Shown here piece after piece: positions 32,951 to 42,300 of a stretch of DNA of 64,000 nt (position 1 is its first letter; the number at the start of each line of letters is the position of its first letter). Under the pieces are notes generated by a model. That model did no database searches. It saw nothing but the letters and a program-made list of their open reading frames with translations, and was not told where the DNA came from. Origin of the DNA: an uncultured Clostridia bacterium. GTDB taxonomy: Bacteria > Bacillota > Clostridia > Christensenellales > UBA1242. The translations under genes were made by a program, and so were the position numbers. The stretch covers positions 147,623 to 211,622 of the forward strand of contig CALVTO010000001.1 of the NCBI GenBank assembly GCA_944362705.1, written 5' to 3'.

Positions 32951-33430
32951 ATGAAGTGTGCATATTGCGGTTGCGAAGACAGCCGTGTTATTGATAGTCG
33001 AAACTGTGATGAAAATAACTCTATTCGCAGGCGCAGAGAGTGTGCGGCGTGCGGCAGACGTTTTACCACATATGAAACGATTGAACAAACACCTATTTTG
33101 GTAGTGAAAAACAGTGGGGAACGTCAAGCGTTTAGTATTGAAAAAGTAAAAAATGGTATTATGAAAGCGTGCGAAAAACGTCCGGTTTCTATGCATGTGA
33201 TTGACAAAGCCGTGCAGGAAATTGAAAAGCAAATATATAACCGTTTAGATACCGAAATTACAAGTAAAGAAATAGGCGAAATGGTTATGGAACAATTGCG
33301 TAAAATTGATGACGTTGCCTATGTTAGGTTTGCGTCAGTTTACAAACAATTTAAAGATGCATCTACCTTTTTTGAATACTTAAATGAGTTTGATAAAATG
33401 TTAAAACATAAAGAAGATAAAAATTCTTAA
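32951..33430 (+). CDS. nrdR: Transcriptional repressor NrdR
   Basis: MKCAYCG...VIDSR...RRRRECAACGRRFTTYE zinc ribbon plus an ATP-cone. Confidence 0.93.
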   Translation: MKCAYCGCEDSRVIDSRNCDENNSIRRRRECAACGRRFTTYETIEQTPILVVKNSGERQAFSIEKVKNGIMKACEKRPVSMHVIDKAVQEIEKQIYNRLDTEITSKEIGEMVMEQLRKIDDVAYVRFASVYKQFKDASTFFEYLNEFDKMLKHKEDKNS

Positions 33431-33450
33431 AAAGCACAATGTTTAAAGGC

Positions 33451-33484
33451 GAAATTTGGCTTTTACGGCCAAGTTTCTTTTTTT
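33451..33484 (+). terminator. Rho-independent terminator after nrdR
   Basis: gaaatttggc-N7-gccaagtttc followed by T7. Confidence 0.8.
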
Positions 33485-33485
33485 A

Positions 33486-33500
33486 CAATAAATTTTATTG
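33486..33500. promoter_or_regulatory. 7-1-7 inverted repeat upstream of feoAB (candidate metalloregulator operator)
   Basis: CAATAAA-T-TTTATTG, a perfect 7-1-7 palindrome. Confidence 0.35.
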
Positions 33501-33627
33501 ATTAAAAGCGACGGGGCTGTTTAAAACATAAAATTCTTTTTGATTTATGGTTTTATATAAAAACAATAACACTTTTTTAGGGCATGATTTTTGTATATGG
33601 TTCATATAGTGAACTAAGGAGAAATAC

Positions 33628-33861
33628 ATGCGTTTAACGGAAACAAAAGAGCGAGAGTGGTATTGTTTAAAAAGTGTAACAATGCCCAACAAGGCGCTTG
33701 CTTGCAGGTTGATGGAAATGGGGTGGGTGGCTGGTACACCACTTAAAATTTTAAAATTAGGGAAAAAGAAAAGCTTTGTGTATGTTTCGTTGCGTGGGTA
33801 TGAACTTAGTTTGGGTGCAAAGGTTGCTAGCTATATTTGCGTAGAACCTTTGAAAGCATAA
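33628..33861 (+). CDS. feoA: FeoA-family protein
   Basis: 77 aa, SH3-like RLMEMGWVAGTPLKILK. Immediately upstream of feoB. Confidence 0.8.
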   Translation: MRLTETKEREWYCLKSVTMPNKALACRLMEMGWVAGTPLKILKLGKKKSFVYVSLRGYELSLGAKVASYICVEPLKA

Positions 33862-33882
33862 TATAAACACAAAAAGGTGCAT

Positions 33883-36009
33883 ATGAAATCTATATTATTT
33901 GTAGGAAACCCTAATGCTGGAAAAACCACACTTTTTAATGCGGTTACGCACTCTGCCGAGCATACAGGAAATTGGCACGGTGTTACTGTGGACCAAAAGC
34001 GAGCAACCATGCGTGTGCAGGGCGATGTATTTGAAGTTGTAGATACACCTGGGGTGTATTCTTTAACGCCGTATTCCGCAGAGGAAGGTGCTACGCTAAC
34101 TACATTACTTGAAACCAACGCACACCTTGTGGTGCAGGTGATAGAAGGTACGCATTGGCAAAAAAGTTTGTATGTAACGTTAGAACTTTTAGAAACGGGC
34201 TTGCCTTTAAAGTTAGTGTTTACGTTTGGTAAGTGCGTGCCGGCAGAGGTAGTGAAGTATATACAAAACGTATGGGGGATAGATTGCTTTTTGTTGCCAA
34301 GTTTACGAGCAAAACATATAAAAGCGTTAAAACGCTTTATAACCTTACCCATACAACATAAACGTAAGCCGTTGCCTTATATGCATACGACAAATAAACA
34401 TATACAAGCAAGCAACATAGCAAAGCCTACATGTGTTTGTTACGACTTTTTATATCAAAAGTGGCAGTGTGGCGTAAAAGAAGTGGCACCGTTTTTACAA
34501 AATATGCCAAGTGCTATGTGTGACAATGCTTCATATAAAGAAATGCAAATTTTAACGAAATATCGTTATTTAGATAGTGCTTTGCGTGATATAGTACTCG
34601 TATGTGAAAAACACAAAAAGCAAAAAATAAACCTTGAGCGTATTGTGCTACATAAGTACGTAGCGTTGCCCATTTTTTTATGCATTATGTTAGGCGTGTT
34701 CGCACTTACGTTTGGTAGGTTTGGCGTTTGGCTTTCACACCTTATGGGTAATTTTATTTCACAAACGTTGGGTTCTATTTGTATGCAAGGGGTGCACTAT
34801 ATTGTGAAAACGCCGTGGCTTTTAGCTTTTATAGAACAAGGCGTTATTGCTTCTTGCGCCAATGTGCTTTCTTTTTTACCACAAATTGTGTTGCTTTCGT
34901 TATGCATGCATGTGCTGGAAGAAGTGGGATATCTTTCTCGCGTGGCGTTATTGTTTGACAACACGTTACAAAAAATTGGGCTAACGGGTAGAAGTGTGTT
35001 TAGCATGTTGATGGGGTATGGTTGTACAACATCGGCGGTGGTCCTTACGCGAGGCATGCCCGAAGGGTATGCAAAGCTTCGTACACTTTCCGTGTTGCCG
35101 TTTACCCACTGCTCTGCGAAAATGCCTATTTTCTTTGTTATGATTTCTGTGTTTTTCCCTACGCATAGAGTTGTATGTACCTTTGGGTTGTATGCTCTTA
35201 GCGTTGGTTGCATGTTGTTATTTGCCTATCTTTCTTCACGCGGGGAAGTGCTAGCGCAGGATTTTATTTTAGAAATGCCATATTTTCGCCCCATACGCTT
35301 GCGTAGCGTTTGGCAAAATGTATATAGCACCATAAAAAATTTTGTAGGCAAAGTGGCAAGTGTGGTGATTTTAGTTTCTTGCATTTTGTTTGTGCTATTA
35401 AATTTTGATACGTCTTTTGTCTTTTTGCAGGGCTATGCTGGAACAAGTATACTGCAAACCGTTGGTGAAAAATTATGTGTAGTGCTTGCGCCTATGGGGC
35501 TTAACCATTGGGCAATTTTTACAGCACTTGTGTGTGGCGTGGTTGCTAAAGAATTGGTGCTTTCAAGTTTGGCGCTTGCCAATGGGGTGGTGCAAGGCGG
35601 TGTGTTAACGCTTTTGGCTACTTCGTTACAAAACCCAGAAATGCCTGTTTCTTTTACACCGCTTACAAGCATTGTGTTTTTGTTATTTGTTGCTTTTTAT
35701 ATGCCGTGTATTGCTACCATTACAGCTATGCGCAAAGAAGGCGGGCGCCGTGTCATGTGGAAGGGTATACTTACTCCGCTTTTGTTTTCTTATAGCATAT
35801 GTACGCTTGTGTATCAATTAGGAGGGCTTTACTTAAAAGGAGAGAAAACGCTTGCTGTTTTATGGGCTATTTTAATTGCGCTATTGACAATAGTTGTGGT
35901 ACGATATTATGCGAAAATAAAAAAACAGAAAGGCAAGCAACGTGCGCAAATGGCATGTGCGGGCTGTGGAGAAATGTGTGGAAAAGGTTGTTGTTCAAAA
36001 AGCCGGTAA
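33883..36009 (+). CDS. feoB: Ferrous iron transporter FeoB
   Basis: G1 GNPNAGKTT, G3 DTPG, polytopic permease domains and a Cys-rich tail. ATG 33883 is preferred over GTG 33877. Confidence 0.9.
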   Translation: MKSILFVGNPNAGKTTLFNAVTHSAEHTGNWHGVTVDQKRATMRVQGDVFEVVDTPGVYSLTPYSAEEGATLTTLLETNAHLVVQVIEGTHWQKSLYVTLELLETGLPLKLVFTFGKCVPAEVVKYIQNVWGIDCFLLPSLRAKHIKALKRFITLPIQHKRKPLPYMHTTNKHIQASNIAKPTCVCYDFLYQKWQCGVKEVAPFLQNMPSAMCDNASYKEMQILTKYRYLDSALRDIVLVCEKHKKQKINLERIVLHKYVALPIFLCIMLGVFALTFGRFGVWLSHLMGNFISQTLGSICMQGVHYIVKTPWLLAFIEQGVIASCANVLSFLPQIVLLSLCMHVLEEVGYLSRVALLFDNTLQKIGLTGRSVFSMLMGYGCTTSAVVLTRGMPEGYAKLRTLSVLPFTHCSAKMPIFFVMISVFFPTHRVVCTFGLYALSVGCMLLFAYLSSRGEVLAQDFILEMPYFRPIRLRSVWQNVYSTIKNFVGKVASVVILVSCILFVLLNFDTSFVFLQGYAGTSILQTVGEKLCVVLAPMGLNHWAIFTALVCGVVAKELVLSSLALANGVVQGGVLTLLATSLQNPEMPVSFTPLTSIVFLLFVAFYMPCIATITAMRKEGGRRVMWKGILTPLLFSYSICTLVYQLGGLYLKGEKTLAVLWAILIALLTIVVVRYYAKIKKQKGKQRAQMACAGCGEMCGKGCCSKSR

Positions 36010-36022
36010 GTTAGCAAAAGTG

Positions 36023-36808
36023 ATGCAGAGCGCGTTGCCAACACTTAAATATAACGATGCGTTAAAGTTGTTGCGTCAGAAAGATGTTAAAGTGAATGGT
36101 GTGCGTGTAAAAGAAAATGTGGATGTGGTAGCGGGCGATGTATTAGAAATTTATGCGCCACAAAGTATGCTCACAAAGCCTTTGCCTACGTTAGAAATTG
36201 TGTTTGAAAATAAGGATATATGCGTAGTAAACAAACCTAAAGGTGTAGAGGTAGAAGGTGTATATTCTTTAACCGATGCCGTGCAAAAAGTGCATGCGCA
36301 AGCGGTAGCGGTACACAGGTTAGATAGGAACACGAAAGGGTTAGTCATTTTTGCCAAGAACGCAACAGCTGAAAAAGAACTTATTCAAGCGTTTGTAAAC
36401 CATACCATTGAAAAACATTACGTAGCGTTATGCGAAAACCCGTTTAGCAAAAAACATGAGGTATGCAAAGCGTATTGGTTTAAAGATGAAAAAGCGGGTA
36501 GGGTGTTTATAGACAGTAAGCCTAAAAAAGGTTGGGTGCCTATTACGACAGAATATACCGTAATACAAAAATTTGGTACGCAAACCATGGTGGAAATTAT
36601 ATTGCATACAGGAAAAACGCATCAAATACGTGCACACATGGCGTACTTGGGGCATCCACTGGTAGGTGACGGAAAGTACGGAAAAGGTAAGAGAAACGAA
36701 ACGCAGGCTTTACTTGCTTACAAGCTTGTATTTACCTTTGCAAAAACTTCGCCTTTGGCGTATATGAACGGCACAACCGTAGAGTTAGAAGATATTTCGT
36801 TTGCATAA
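36023..36808 (+). CDS. RluA-family pseudouridine synthase with N-terminal S4 domain
   Basis: HRLDRNTKGLVIFAKN and GKTHQIRAHMAYLGHPLVGDGKYG. ATG 36023 lies after the feoB stop. Confidence 0.85.
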   Translation: MQSALPTLKYNDALKLLRQKDVKVNGVRVKENVDVVAGDVLEIYAPQSMLTKPLPTLEIVFENKDICVVNKPKGVEVEGVYSLTDAVQKVHAQAVAVHRLDRNTKGLVIFAKNATAEKELIQAFVNHTIEKHYVALCENPFSKKHEVCKAYWFKDEKAGRVFIDSKPKKGWVPITTEYTVIQKFGTQTMVEIILHTGKTHQIRAHMAYLGHPLVGDGKYGKGKRNETQALLAYKLVFTFAKTSPLAYMNGTTVELEDISFA

Positions 36809-37027
36809 TTCGTAACTTATATAAGTGATTCTGTTTTATTTTGTGTTTCATACACGTGCTTTGCGTGCATAGGTGTATGTGTTCATCATTGGGTGTACTA
36901 CGTGTGTGCGCAAAAAACGAATGTTGGCACGTTTTGCACGTACAGTGAGAGACAATTTGTTGAAGGGTACGAAAGTTTTGAAATGTGCGAAGGTGCGTGA
37001 AAGTTTTACAAAACATATTTTTAAACA

Positions 37028-37059
37028 AAGATAGCAAACAAAAAAGCTATCTTTTTTTT
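37028..37059 (+). terminator. Rho-independent terminator
   Basis: aagatagc-N10-gctatctt followed by T8. It lies about 220 nt after the preceding stop codon. Confidence 0.75.
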
Positions 37060-37115
37060 ATTTTATACATAAAAGCGACAAAATGGGACAAATTAACGAG
37101 TAAGGAGGAATATAT

Positions 37116-39059
37116 ATGAACGTTAGTTTAACCATTTTAACCATTTTCATATTGCTGGTTATGTTTGGCGCGGGCCAGCGTGTGCTAGATAATTTACGTT
37201 TAACCGACAGACAAGCTTTATGGATTATGCTTGCCATTGTGGTAGGTATACTTATTCCACCCATTTATATAGGAGAATACTTTGCGTTTAGCATTGGTGG
37301 GTTTTTAATCCCTTTTGCTTTATGTGTGTATTTGCTTGTAAAAGTGGGTTGGAGCAGAGATTTATTACGTGCCATGATTGGTATAGTTTTGGTGGCGGGA
37401 GCCGTAATTGGTATTGAGTGGCTCATTCCGGCAGAGCCAGAAACAATGACCATAGACCCTAATTTTGTATTTGGGTTGGTAGCGGGTCTGCTTGCTTATA
37501 TTATGGGTAGAAGCAGAAGAAATGCTTTTATTTCTGCTGTTCTTGGGCTCACTATTGCCGAGGTAATTCAATTTTTTATTAACCAAGCCAAAGGTACGCC
37601 AACCGTGTTAGGGTTGGGTGTAGGTGGTGCGTTTGACGCAATTATTATTTCCGCTCTTTTAGCCGTAGCATTAGCTGAATTTATTGGCAGAGCATATGAA
37701 AAAGTAAAACCGGGCAAAGAGCACAAAGCGTATAATTTTGAAACAGGAACATACGATTCTGAAAAGAATGAAAAACTAAAAAAAGAAGAATTTGTAGAAG
37801 GCTATGTTGCAGGCAAAGAGCACAAAATTGCACAAGAAAAACACAATGCGCGTGTAACAAAGCATAAAACAGGGCAAAGAAAAGAAACACAAACAAAAAC
37901 AACCAAAGTAATGAAAACAACGGCCGTACTATTATGTGCTACGCTGGCTTGTGGCGTGCTTAGTGTTATGCAACCGCAACATGTGTTTGCTAAAGAAAAA
38001 GTTTCTGTTGCACCAAAATATTACACTGTATATGAACAGGGAAAAGAAGATACCGTATTATTTACCAAAGGTGAAGGCGTATGTGTGGGCGATGAGTACA
38101 TTAGTGGCGACAACCGGTTGTTTGAAATTGTAAAGGTAGATGAAACAAGCAAAACGGGTGAAGCAAAATTCAAAGAAAATGTAAAACTGCCAGTGTATCA
38201 TGTAACACGTAATACCTCAAAATCTTCGGTAAATGCGGGTATTCAAAAAATAGTGGGGGTGTATCATACCCACAACGACGAAAGTTATACCCCCAGCGAT
38301 GGATACGATAGCATATATGGCAAAGGTGGTATTCATGATGTAGGTAAAACGTTTAATAAAAATTTAAACAAGCTAGGTATTGAAGTAAAATATAGTGAAA
38401 ATTTACATTTACCACACAACAGTGGTGCGTATGACAGAAGTGAAGTAACCGCTAAAAAACTTTTAAACTCTGCAAAATTAGATGCTATATTTGACTTACA
38501 CAGAGATGCAACGCCAAAGTCGACGTATACAACAACCGTGAATGGCGAAAAAATGAGTAAAGTTCGTATGGTAGTAGGTAGTGCAAATGCAAACAAGGCA
38601 AGTAATAAAGAATTTGCGCTTAGTATAAAATCGTATGCCGACAGTGTATACCCAGGTTTAATTTTAGACATTTATATGGGTAAGGGAAACTACAACCAAG
38701 AACTTTCATCTAGGGCTATGCTTTTTGAAATGGGTTGCGACAAAATGGAAAAAGAACTTGTAGAAAAATCGACCGTTCCACTTGCAAAAACCATTGATAT
38801 GGTACTATATGGTTCTGCTAATGCCAGCAGTGCAACGCAAGCCGATGTTATGAGCGAAACAGGTGGTAAAGCTGAAGTGGTGGGGTTAACGCAAATGAAC
38901 TCCACTTCCACCAACGAAACACTTTGGGTAGTGTTGGGTACCATTGGTGTGGCTGCGGCTATTTTTGGTTTACTGTGCTTAAATAAAAACTTTCGTTATC
39001 AAGTGCAAAGATTTTTTAAACAGCTATTTCCGTTTAAAAAGAAACATGTTCATGAATAA
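37116..39059 (+). CDS. spoIIP: Stage II sporulation protein P fused to an N-terminal polytopic membrane domain
   Basis: Residues ~380-560 (GVYHTHNDESYTP...IFDLHRDA...RMVVGS...YNQELSSRAMLFEMG) match the SpoIIP amidase/peptidase domain. Residues 1-200 contain 5-6 predicted TM helices, followed by a Lys-rich linker, a TM helix and a C-terminal TM helix. Confidence 0.85.
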   Translation: MNVSLTILTIFILLVMFGAGQRVLDNLRLTDRQALWIMLAIVVGILIPPIYIGEYFAFSIGGFLIPFALCVYLLVKVGWSRDLLRAMIGIVLVAGAVIGIEWLIPAEPETMTIDPNFVFGLVAGLLAYIMGRSRRNAFISAVLGLTIAEVIQFFINQAKGTPTVLGLGVGGAFDAIIISALLAVALAEFIGRAYEKVKPGKEHKAYNFETGTYDSEKNEKLKKEEFVEGYVAGKEHKIAQEKHNARVTKHKTGQRKETQTKTTKVMKTTAVLLCATLACGVLSVMQPQHVFAKEKVSVAPKYYTVYEQGKEDTVLFTKGEGVCVGDEYISGDNRLFEIVKVDETSKTGEAKFKENVKLPVYHVTRNTSKSSVNAGIQKIVGVYHTHNDESYTPSDGYDSIYGKGGIHDVGKTFNKNLNKLGIEVKYSENLHLPHNSGAYDRSEVTAKKLLNSAKLDAIFDLHRDATPKSTYTTTVNGEKMSKVRMVVGSANANKASNKEFALSIKSYADSVYPGLILDIYMGKGNYNQELSSRAMLFEMGCDKMEKELVEKSTVPLAKTIDMVLYGSANASSATQADVMSETGGKAEVVGLTQMNSTSTNETLWVVLGTIGVAAAIFGLLCLNKNFRYQVQRFFKQLFPFKKKHVHE

Positions 39060-39128
39060 ACCTTTGTGGCAAATATATAGTAAAAAAACAAGGCAGTACA
39101 GTGCTTTTTATGCATATAAAATATATAA

Positions 39129-39170
39129 ACATACAACAAAAATAATGCATTTTAGTTGTATGTTTTGTTT
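39129..39170 (+). terminator. Possible terminator after spoIIP
   Basis: acatacaac-N17-gttgtatgt followed by a T-rich tail. Confidence 0.45.
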
Positions 39171-39334
39171 TATGTTTACACAAAGTAAAAGTAGAATACT
39201 AAAAATTTGGTTATATAAATATAAGTATATGGAAAAATATTTGCTTACATTTACATATACAATATGTAAATTGATTGGTGAAAAGAAAAAAATGTGGTAT
39301 ATTTTATATGCAAAAACTTGGGAGGAGCAATGCT

Positions 39335-42300
39335 ATGCGGTGTATGAAAAAATATGCAACCTTATGTTTTACCTTTTTAGCTGTTATGTTAGGTTGTTGT
39401 GTGTGGGGATTTTCTAGTGTGTGTGGGCGTGCAAGTAAACAGCAACTGGTAGGCACATATGTTTCGCCAACGCAAAGTATTGCTTTGGAAGCAGAAGTTA
39501 ACGGTAATGCATTACATATTGATGTAAAACCGCAAGACAAGTTGCAAGCATTAACCGACGCTTCGGGTAAACCATATGCGCAAGCGGGCTCTTTAACTTT
39601 GCCGGCCGATGCAACCGAGGTAAGTGTAGATTTTATGCGTCAGTTTTCTGCGGTGGCTTCACAAATTACCACCATTACGTTGGGGGAAGGTGTGCAAGCG
39701 TTAGGTGACGCATATTACAGCGAAGCTGATGGGCGTTACATTGGTGTGTTTGATGGGTTTACCTCGTTACAAACGGTAGATATGCCTGCGGTAAACAAAA
39801 TAGGTAGTTATGCTTTTTATAGTTGTACCAATGTAACAACCATTACAACAAATGCAGAAGTTTTAACTTTAAACAATTATTCTATTTCTGAAACGAATGC
39901 TTCTTTACACATTTTAGACGCTAACCTTGTAGAAGTAACGTTTAACGGCACTTGGGGTACAAGCGGTAGTGGCGAAAATTATACTGGTGGTATAACGCAA
40001 CATATGGTTCGTATATTGCCTTATGAACAACTAGAATATATTACATGCTCTGATGCGGTGTATTTAGGGGCACAAGCGGTTATTGGTTGCTCTTCTTTAA
40101 AAGTTGTTGATGTGCGTTCGGCGATTGCTTTTTCGGGTGATAATATAGACATATTACAAACAAATCCTATTTTTTTATTAAGTTCATATGATCTTTCTGT
40201 TGTAGGTGATCCGTTAAATGCAGACGCTCTTGACCAGGTAGAAACGGTTGAAGAAATGATTATGCTTTATAAAAATATGCATACATGTTTATATGTTCAA
40301 ATAGATGCGCCGGAATCTGATTTGCAATATTTTCATTTAGAAGAAAAAAATACATATATCTCAGAAGATAGTACTGCGCCTTACATGCACGTTCTTAATA
40401 AAAATAACACACAAACCATCTTTTTTGACACTTATTATACTTTTAACAATTATTCTATTACAAATTCTTCTGGTGAAGGTTATTTACGTTATTTTACGCC
40501 TACTAGAAATGTTGACGGTTATTTTGAGAGTGATGTAACTACTTTGTATATTCCATCTTCGTTTGGTAATGAAACAATTCATTCTATCTCTGGAAATTTT
40601 TATGATCAAACAGCTTATTTATATAATAAAACCGAGGTTGATGCCTACCAAAATATAAATAAACTGATTATTTCTGGCGGGTATGAAAAGATGGGTATAC
40701 TGTGGCAATGCGGGGACGCTTTTGGTTCTGAAAACTTAACTACGCCAATGCCTAATTTAAAAACGCTAATCTTTGCCGATGGTATTCAAAATTTGGTAAT
40801 GGATGGCAATCCGTCGCTTATTGATGAAAGTTCATTAATAGAAGAAATTTGGTTGCCTAATACATTACAACTTTATAACCTGGCTGCTGGTCCAAACACA
40901 GTGGTGGATAATTACGTTGTAGGCATAGCGGCTAGTGCAAGTGTTGTGCAATATAAAATGCATGAAGGTGGTAACGCAAATGTTAAAATTAGCAGTGATG
41001 GGTCTTCGGTACTTAGCTTAGATGGAACTATTTTATACTTAGGTGATTCTAAGGGTACAATCCCTGAAGGCGTTACTTATATTGAGCCTTTTGCATTTAT
41101 GGGTGCAAAAAACATTACGGGAACTTATACGATACCTGATTCTGTTTTAGAAATTGGTTCTTATTCTTACATTGCGAATAGAAATGTAGAAGAAATGATT
41201 GTTGGAAATGGTACTCAGTATGTTGGGTCTGGTATTTTTTCATTTAGTGATGCGTTGAAAATTGTGCGATTTGGAAGCTCGGTGCAATCTATAGGTATGC
41301 AAGTTGCAACAAATTGTTTTAACATTGAGGAATTTTATATAGATAAAAATGCACCAATTACAAGTTTGCCGCATGGATTTTTAGAAAATGCTGAACATTT
41401 AACCGTTTTGCAACTTTCAGACAATATTGAAACGATTGGCAATAATAGCTTTACCCACCATAATTTATCTAGAATTATTTTACCAGCAAACTTAGTTTCG
41501 TTAGGTTATAATTGCTTTGATACCGGTTATGTTGCAGGCGACAATTCTACAGTGCATAAAATGAAATATATTGACCTTATGAATATGCCAGTAAACACAA
41601 CAAGTATTGGAACAAATGCGTTTAATGGGTGTTTCTTTGATGGCTATATTTTATTGATGGATAGCAAAGAAAATTACCCAAGCAATAACGCGTTTAAAAC
41701 GTTTTTGAAAGAAGCACAAGCAGGCCCTGCTTCTGGAAATATTAAAAGTTCACAAATATTGTATCAAACCACGCCAACCGATATTGAGTTAAATTATATT
41801 TGGTATGAAGGTTTTGATGGCATATGGGAAAATACCACCAATCCAGCGCTTATTCGCATAGAGAATACATATTACCACAGAAGTTTGGAATTTAGCGAAT
41901 ATACGTTAACCGAAGCCGATGTAACTTACCAAACTACAGAAGATGGCACAGGTATTATTATTACACATTTTAATACTTCTGCGCAAAATAAAGATTACGT
42001 AATTATTCCAGATAGGTTTACAGAATTGCCTATTGTGGAAATTAGAGTTTCAAGTGCATTAACGGTAAACAAGGGGGTAAAATTACCAGACACGCTAAAA
42101 ATTATCGGAGCAAATAGTTTTATTATTGCTTACGGTTCGGTGTTTGAAATTCCTGCGGGAGTAGAGCAAATTCATAGCAATTTTGTTGGACAACAAAGTA
42201 GAGGTATATCAAGTTTTGTGGTTTCGCCAGATAACCAGCACTTTCAAGCAATTGATGGTGTTTTGGCCACCAAGGGCGGTGAATATGTTGACTTAGTTGC

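Noticed and set aside
35942-36022. Apparent 68-nt overlap between feoB and the next ORF
   Set aside because: It is an artefact of the longest-ORF start. ATG 36023, after the feoB stop, begins the conserved S4 domain.
39046-39417. 123-aa ORF overlapping the spoIIP end and the LRR-A start
   Set aside because: It crosses an intergenic AT-rich region and a hairpin in a different frame from both flanking genes, and it has no SD.
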